DNA of 64,000 bases from Bacteroidota bacterium (GTDB taxonomy: Bacteria > Bacteroidota > Bacteroidia > Bacteroidales > UBA7960). How positions within the stretch are numbered: position 1 is the stretch's first letter; each line of letters begins with the position of its first letter. The notes below the pieces were generated by a model. That model saw only the letters and a program-made list of their open reading frames with translations. It ran no database searches and had not been told where the DNA came from. Location of the stretch: NCBI GenBank assembly GCA_018335675.1, contig JAGXRQ010000018.1, positions 2,608 through 66,607 of the forward strand, given 5' to 3'. The translations under genes and the position numbers were made by a program. Below, piece after piece: positions 59,052 through 64,000 of this stretch.

Positions 59052-59084
59052 AACATCAATTTCAACAACACCTTTACAATTACA

Positions 59085-61346
59085 TTAAAAAACCTCCTGA
59101 TCAAATACATCCCTTGGCCTTTCTTCCTGTTTGTATTTGTTGCAATCAACTTCCACACTTATAGGCCTCAAAGGTCTTTCGAAGTCGTGAGTAGGAAATT
59201 GAAGGTTTTTATCTTCATAAATTTTCTTCATATAAAGAGCCCAAATAGGCAGCGCCATATTAGCCCCTTGCCCAAGGGAAATCTCTCTAAATCTAACAGC
59301 CCTATCTTCTGCACCAACCCAAACACCGGTAGCAAGTGTAGGAGTAATTCCTATAAACCAGCCATCGGAGTTGTTTTGTGTTGTGCCGGTTTTTCCAGCG
59401 ATTGGGTAGTTCAATCCATATCTGAATCTAAGCCTCAGCCCAGTACCGCTTTCAACAACACCTTTAAGAAGCTCAATCATAAGATAGGCAGTTTCCTCGC
59501 TCATCGCCTCATTCGACTTGGGAGTGAACGACTCTATAAGGTTGCCGTTCTGATCTTCAATTCTGGTAATAAAGATAGGGTCAACATGTACACCTTTATT
59601 AGCATATGTTGCCATTGCTCCGGTTATTTCATGAACTGAGAGGTCGGGAGTTCCGAGGCAAATTGCATAAACGGCGTCGATATGGCTGGTTACACCCATT
59701 CTTCTGGCAAGTCTGATAACAGCTTGAGGCGAATATCGTTTCATCAGGTAGGCTGAAATATAATTGACAGAGTTTGCCAATGCCCATTTAAGCGTTACCA
59801 TCTCACCTTCCATTTTATTGGAAGAGTTTTTAGGAGTCCATGTAGTTCCATCATGAAGGTCGAATGAAACCGGAACATTAGGCACTTTTGTGCATGGGCT
59901 AAAACCACCTTCCTGCATTGCCAATGTGTAGAGGAATGGTTTAAACGTTGAGCCAACCTGACGTTTACTTACAGTAACATGGTCGTACATAAAATGACGA
60001 TAATCAATACCACCAACATAAGCTCTAACGTACCCTGTTTGAGGTTCAACAGACATTAGTCCGGTATTAAGGAAATGCTTGTAATATCTTATAGAATCCA
60101 GAGGAGTCAAAACAGTATCAACTTCACCTCTCCATGTAAAAATTCTCATTTTAGTAGGAGTACGGAACGCGATTCTGATAGAATCTTCGGGGATATTATT
60201 TCTTTTCATGCTAATATATCTGTCAGACCTTCTAACTGCCATTTGAGTAAGTCTTTGAATGTCTTCCGGAGTAAGGTCAGTATCATACGGGGCATTTGGA
60301 TGCCCTCTCCAGTGTTGAAAAAACATTGGCTGAAGATATTCTCCTAGATGTTCTTTCACAGCTTCCTCAGCATAACGCTGCATTCTGCTGTCAATGGTTG
60401 TGTAGATTTTAAGTCCGTCTGTATGAATATTGTATGGGGTTCCATCAGGCTTAAGTTTGTTTTTGCTCCACTGCCCCAGCTCTTTTCTAAGCTGTTCTCT
60501 GAAATAAGTTGCCAATCCGGCTCTATGATCCTGGATGCGAAATTCAGACATGTCAAGCGGAATAGAAACAATGGAGTCGTAATCTTCCGGCTCAATGTAG
60601 CCGTATTTGGCCATTTGATAAATTACGACATTTCTTCTATCAAAAGCTCTTTCAGGATTTCGCACGGGGTTAAACCAAGATGGAGCTTTAAGCATACCAA
60701 CAAGTATAGCGGCCTGTTCAACTTTAAGAGAGTCGGGAGAAGTGTTAAAATAAGTTCTGGATGCAATTTTTACTCCGAAAGCGTGGCTACCAAAGTCAAC
60801 AGTGTTTAGATACATTGCGATAATTTCTTCTTTGGTATAGTTGCGCTCAAGCTTAGCTGCTGTGACCCATTCCTTAAGTTTTATAACAGCAATCTGAGGG
60901 GTAGAAAGGTCTTCCTGCCTTGGGAAAAGGTTTTTTGCAAGTTGTTGCGTAATAGTACTACCACCACCGGCACTTCTTTGGCCGCCAATTAGATTTCTTA
61001 CCACAACACGAAATAAGCTTCTTATATCAACACCCGAATGACTGTGAAAGCGTATATCTTCGGTTGCCAAGAGAGCATTTACTATATTTGGCGAAAGGTC
61101 TTCATAACTCACGTTAGTTCTATTGTGAATATGAAAAGTACCTAATATTACTCCATCTGCAGAATATATTTCACTAGCCAGATTGCTTTTGGGATTTTCA
61201 AGTTCTTCAAATGAAGGCATAAAGCCCCATAAACCCCAAGAGATAGTCATTAGCAAGAAGTATATTATAATAAACGGTAACAGAACAAAAAGCCAGAAAT
61301 ATCTGGTATATTTTCTAAACAATTCTGTTTCTTTCTTTTTAGACAT
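59085..61346 (-). CDS. mrcA: Bifunctional penicillin-binding protein 1A (GT51 glycosyltransferase plus transpeptidase)
   Basis: 753 aa with an N-terminal TM anchor. GT51 motifs are ATEDIRFHSHSGVD and GGSTITQQLAKN. Transpeptidase motifs are STFKPF, SVN and KTGTT. Confidence 0.9.
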   Translation of the reverse strand: MSKKKETELFRKYTRYFWLFVLLPFIIIYFLLMTISWGLWGFMPSFEELENPKSNLASEIYSADGVILGTFHIHNRTNVSYEDLSPNIVNALLATEDIRFHSHSGVDIRSLFRVVVRNLIGGQRSAGGGSTITQQLAKNLFPRQEDLSTPQIAVIKLKEWVTAAKLERNYTKEEIIAMYLNTVDFGSHAFGVKIASRTYFNTSPDSLKVEQAAILVGMLKAPSWFNPVRNPERAFDRRNVVIYQMAKYGYIEPEDYDSIVSIPLDMSEFRIQDHRAGLATYFREQLRKELGQWSKNKLKPDGTPYNIHTDGLKIYTTIDSRMQRYAEEAVKEHLGEYLQPMFFQHWRGHPNAPYDTDLTPEDIQRLTQMAVRRSDRYISMKRNNIPEDSIRIAFRTPTKMRIFTWRGEVDTVLTPLDSIRYYKHFLNTGLMSVEPQTGYVRAYVGGIDYRHFMYDHVTVSKRQVGSTFKPFLYTLAMQEGGFSPCTKVPNVPVSFDLHDGTTWTPKNSSNKMEGEMVTLKWALANSVNYISAYLMKRYSPQAVIRLARRMGVTSHIDAVYAICLGTPDLSVHEITGAMATYANKGVHVDPIFITRIEDQNGNLIESFTPKSNEAMSEETAYLMIELLKGVVESGTGLRLRFRYGLNYPIAGKTGTTQNNSDGWFIGITPTLATGVWVGAEDRAVRFREISLGQGANMALPIWALYMKKIYEDKNLQFPTHDFERPLRPISVEVDCNKYKQEERPRDVFDQEVF

Positions 61347-61395
61347 TATAAATAACTTTGAAAAACACTATTTTCGAAACGATAAAAAAGATTGA

Positions 61396-61866
61396 TTATT
61401 TCTTTTCAATTCTAACTCCAACATCAATAATTCCATTAAGAACTTCCTCCCTCATTGCTTGCTCGAGTCTGAACTTATAAGTTCCCTTTCTAGGGAACCA
61501 AACATTCTCGCGGAAATGAAAGCGGTTCGACTTAACTCTGCCGAATCCATTCCCTTGCCATTTTCCTGATTTATCTGCAAGAAAGCATTCTAGAGTATCT
61601 CTAACAACAATACCATCAGGCATTACAGTTTCAAAAAACAGATAAAAGTTTCTGTATTCATAAGATGTAGAATGTCTGATGTTCAAATAGATATTATAAA
61701 GCTCTGTTGTATCATTTATTTCGGTTTGAAAAACAACAACACTATCCATGTGCCATTTTTCACCATCAATTTTTTTATTTTTTTCAAATAAAACATGAGT
61801 ATCACACGATGCAAAAAAACAAAGCGGCACTATTGCAAACAATATAACTTTAACTAAATATTTCAT
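61396..61866 (-). CDS. gldH: Gliding motility lipoprotein GldH
   Basis: 156 aa. Lipoprotein signal MKYLVKVILFAIVPLCFFASC. The size and its position between a PSP1/YaaT-like gene and PBP1A match the gldH locus as I recall it for Flavobacterium johnsoniae. Confidence 0.7.
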   Translation of the reverse strand: MKYLVKVILFAIVPLCFFASCDTHVLFEKNKKIDGEKWHMDSVVVFQTEINDTTELYNIYLNIRHSTSYEYRNFYLFFETVMPDGIVVRDTLECFLADKSGKWQGNGFGRVKSNRFHFRENVWFPRKGTYKFRLEQAMREEVLNGIIDVGVRIEKK

Positions 61867-63041
61867 TGTTGATTGTTATTATTATTCCTGTTTTTGTTTT
61901 TCTTTCTGCGTTTTTTCTTCTGTTGAGCTGAATTATCAAACCTTGTAAGGCTGTCTTCATCTGATGAATCGGTGAAATTCAACTTAGCTTTTGGCTTCTC
62001 TTCTTCAGATACTTTCTCATCTAAACTTAGAGGGAAAATACCCTTCTTATTCATTTCAATAATTTCTTTAGCTCTTTTGGCGGTAATCATAACTAGATTT
62101 CTTTCATCATTTTCAGAAAGAATATACCACATCAGCTTTTTCATTACATCAGTTTTCTGATGATTAGCAAATCCCTTTTTAGTTTTCAGTTGTATGCTAG
62201 AATCAGGAATATCTTCAAGAGCATCTATATAAATATCATTTTCATAATTAATACAGCATTTCAATTTACTGCATTGTCCGGCAAGTTTCTGCGGATTAAG
62301 AGAAAGCTGCTGTAGTCTGGCAGCCGATGTAGAAACAGACCTAAAATGGTTTATCCAAGATGCACAGCACAATTCTCTTCCGCAAGAGCCAATACCCCCT
62401 AGTCGACTGGCTTCCTGTCTCATTCCTATCTGTTTCATCTCAATTCTAACACCGAACTTTTCAGCCAAAACCTTAATCAACTCACGAAAGTCGACCCTTT
62501 CATCGGCAGTATAATAAAATATTGCTTTTGTTTTATCACCCTGATACTCAACGTCACTGATTTTCATATCGAGCTTAAGGTTTAATGCCATCTCCCTTGA
62601 TTTGAACATTGTATTCTTCTCTTCATTTACGGCAGCAATCCATTTTTCAATATCAGATGTTTTAGCTTTGCGATATACTTTTTTAATTTCAACTGCGTCA
62701 GGGTTTACTTTTTTAGACCTCATTTGAAGTTTAACAGCGTGCCCTGTAAGGGTAACTATACCTATGTCGTGTCCGGGATTTGCCTCAACTGCAACAATAT
62801 CACCTTCCCTAAGATCCATCTCAGGCGAAGTGCGGAAAAAGTCTTTACGGCTGTTCTTAAATCTAACTTCAATAAAATCCGTAAAACAATTAACCTGAGG
62901 CCCTTTAATATTTTTTAACCAATCGGTAGCATCCATTTTGCTGCTGGAATGCTTAAAAACATTCAAGCATCTTTCCTGAATATTGGGAGAACATCGGCAT
63001 CCGCGCGACATAAACGGATCATTTATATCTATCTTGCTCAC
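61863..63041 (-). CDS. PSP1-domain protein (RicT/YaaT-like)
   Basis: 392 aa. GTG start at 63041 (alternative ATG at 63011). PSP1-like core GDIVAVEANPGHDIGIVTL...FYYTADERVDFRELIKVLAEKFGVRIEMKQIG, the Cys cluster GSCGRELCC...CSKLKCC, and a Lys/Asn-rich tail. 4-nt overlap with gldH. Confidence 0.8.
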   Translation of the reverse strand: MSKIDINDPFMSRGCRCSPNIQERCLNVFKHSSSKMDATDWLKNIKGPQVNCFTDFIEVRFKNSRKDFFRTSPEMDLREGDIVAVEANPGHDIGIVTLTGHAVKLQMRSKKVNPDAVEIKKVYRKAKTSDIEKWIAAVNEEKNTMFKSREMALNLKLDMKISDVEYQGDKTKAIFYYTADERVDFRELIKVLAEKFGVRIEMKQIGMRQEASRLGGIGSCGRELCCASWINHFRSVSTSAARLQQLSLNPQKLAGQCSKLKCCINYENDIYIDALEDIPDSSIQLKTKKGFANHQKTDVMKKLMWYILSENDERNLVMITAKRAKEIIEMNKKGIFPLSLDEKVSEEEKPKAKLNFTDSSDEDSLTRFDNSAQQKKKRRKKNKNRNNNNNQQ

Positions 63042-63080
63042 TTGCTTTGTATTAAATTAACTACAAAATTACAAATAAAA

Positions 63081-64000
63081 TCATTTTACAGACCTTAATA
63101 ATCGTGTCATTTTAAATGAGAGGTCGGTAAAAAGAATTTTGGGGTTTGCATTCCTTTCAATATGAGTGTATGCCTCTTGAAACAATGCAGAAGCTTCATT
63201 TATATTTGACGTATTAATAAACTTTGAAAACTTTTCAAGGAATATTTTTTCATCACCTTCAATCCTAACCAGAGAATCAGTCTTTATCTGCATACTAAAA
63301 AGCATTGATAACCTAAGCATTTTTATTCCGTATGCAATAAGGCTTTTTTGTTTTTCTCTTCCTTCTTTCGAGATATTTTCAACAGTTTTAAGAATCCCAT
63401 TCACTTTAAATGAATGACAATCTAACATCCAGTTTCTAAATGTCTCTAAAGCATCAACACCCTCCAGTCCTTCTTTAGATAATCTTATTGCTTCAGACAT
63501 ATTACCTGCTGATAAAAAGGCTATTTTTTTTGCTAATTGACTTTCAGTGTTGAATTTTTGTTTCAAAAAATCGGCAACATCCACTTCCTTAACAGATGGT
63601 ATTTTCAATATTTGAGCCCTAGATAAGATAGTCTTGAGAATTTGTTCCTGGTTTTCTGCAATAAGAATAAAAAGAGTTTTGTCAGGAGGTTCTTCAAAGA
63701 TCTTAAGCAATTTGGGCGCTGCTGAATGGAATATTTTTTCAACCATCCAAATTATAACAATTTTATATTGACTTTCATATGGTTTTAGTCCCATAAGCCT
63801 TATTATCTCATTACAATCATCCGCCTTAATAACACCCTGCTTATTTTCTATACCAATATGAGAATACCAGTCTGGCAGACCGAAATAAGGACTTTCCAAA
63901 ACAAAATTTCTCCAATGAGAAAGGTATGTAACGCTATTTACATCTTTTGTAAAGTCTTTGTTATTGGCGACCGGAAAAAACATATGAAGATCCGGATGTA
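63081..64000 (-). CDS. holB: DNA polymerase III delta-prime subunit; the 5' end lies beyond the right window edge
   Basis: The track ORF starts at an internal Met (63983). The frame stays open to the window edge, reading ...HPDLHMFFPV. It has the Walker B/sensor region KIVIIWMVEKIFHSAAPKLLKIFEEPP and ILSRAQ. Confidence 0.8.
   Translation of the reverse strand, partial: HPDLHMFFPVANNKDFTKDVNSVTYLSHWRNFVLESPYFGLPDWYSHIGIENKQGVIKADDCNEIIRLMGLKPYESQYKIVIIWMVEKIFHSAAPKLLKIFEEPPDKTLFILIAENQEQILKTILSRAQILKIPSVKEVDVADFLKQKFNTESQLAKKIAFLSAGNMSEAIRLSKEGLEGVDALETFRNWMLDCHSFKVNGILKTVENISKEGREKQKSLIAYGIKMLRLSMLFSMQIKTDSLVRIEGDEKIFLEKFSKFINTSNINEASALFQEAYTHIERNANPKILFTDLSFKMTRLLRSVK

Noticed and set aside
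1-64000. A search of all spacers for tRNA, rRNA, tmRNA, RNase P, SRP RNA, IS transposases, integrases, toxin-antitoxin pairs and known defence genes.
   Set aside because: No cloverleaf-compatible sequences or conserved RNA signature motifs were seen in the spacers. No ORF has a transposase, integrase, toxin or Cas-like motif.

Overview
This is a low-GC chromosomal segment that looks like Bacteroidota, judged by gene content. It has no recognisable transposase, integrase, CRISPR array, tRNA or rRNA. About 50 genes are tightly packed and mostly on the minus strand. Most are housekeeping: rbfA, class I fumarase, topA, miaB, ispD, queA, truB, uppP, ftsX, lspA, a dksA-like gene, ileS, dprA, cdd, tilS, dsbD, recO, cysCDN, PBP1A and holB.

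The main theme is the type IX secretion system (T9SS) and gliding machinery:
- a complete porP-porK-porL-porM-porN (gldKLMN) operon at 6881-12862
- gldH at 61396-61866
- a two-propeller protein with a T9SS C-terminal sorting domain (CTD) that I read as a PorZ candidate, at 46838-49174
- a gingipain-like C25 peptidase running off the left edge (1-2390, absent from the ORF track)
- a 6.6-kb opposite-strand block (49645-56231) of CTD-bearing cargo genes with no recognisable function

I did not find a convincing new multi-gene system. The points most worth a second look are:
- a single in-frame TAA separates a large HExxH metalloprotease from its own signal peptide
- a 151-bp MITE-like nested inverted-repeat element lies beside a perfect 19-bp tandem duplication
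- a perfect 17-bp palindrome sits in a divergent promoter region
- a heptanucleotide tandem array bridges two convergent gene ends
- an arginase-fold protein has three of its six metal ligands substituted
- an AddA-like helicase-nuclease has no adjacent AddB but is tightly coupled to a radical SAM gene
- a 751-aa orphan protein has a beta-barrel-like C-terminus and is coupled to tilS

All functional calls rest on motifs I recognised by eye in the supplied translations. No database search was run.
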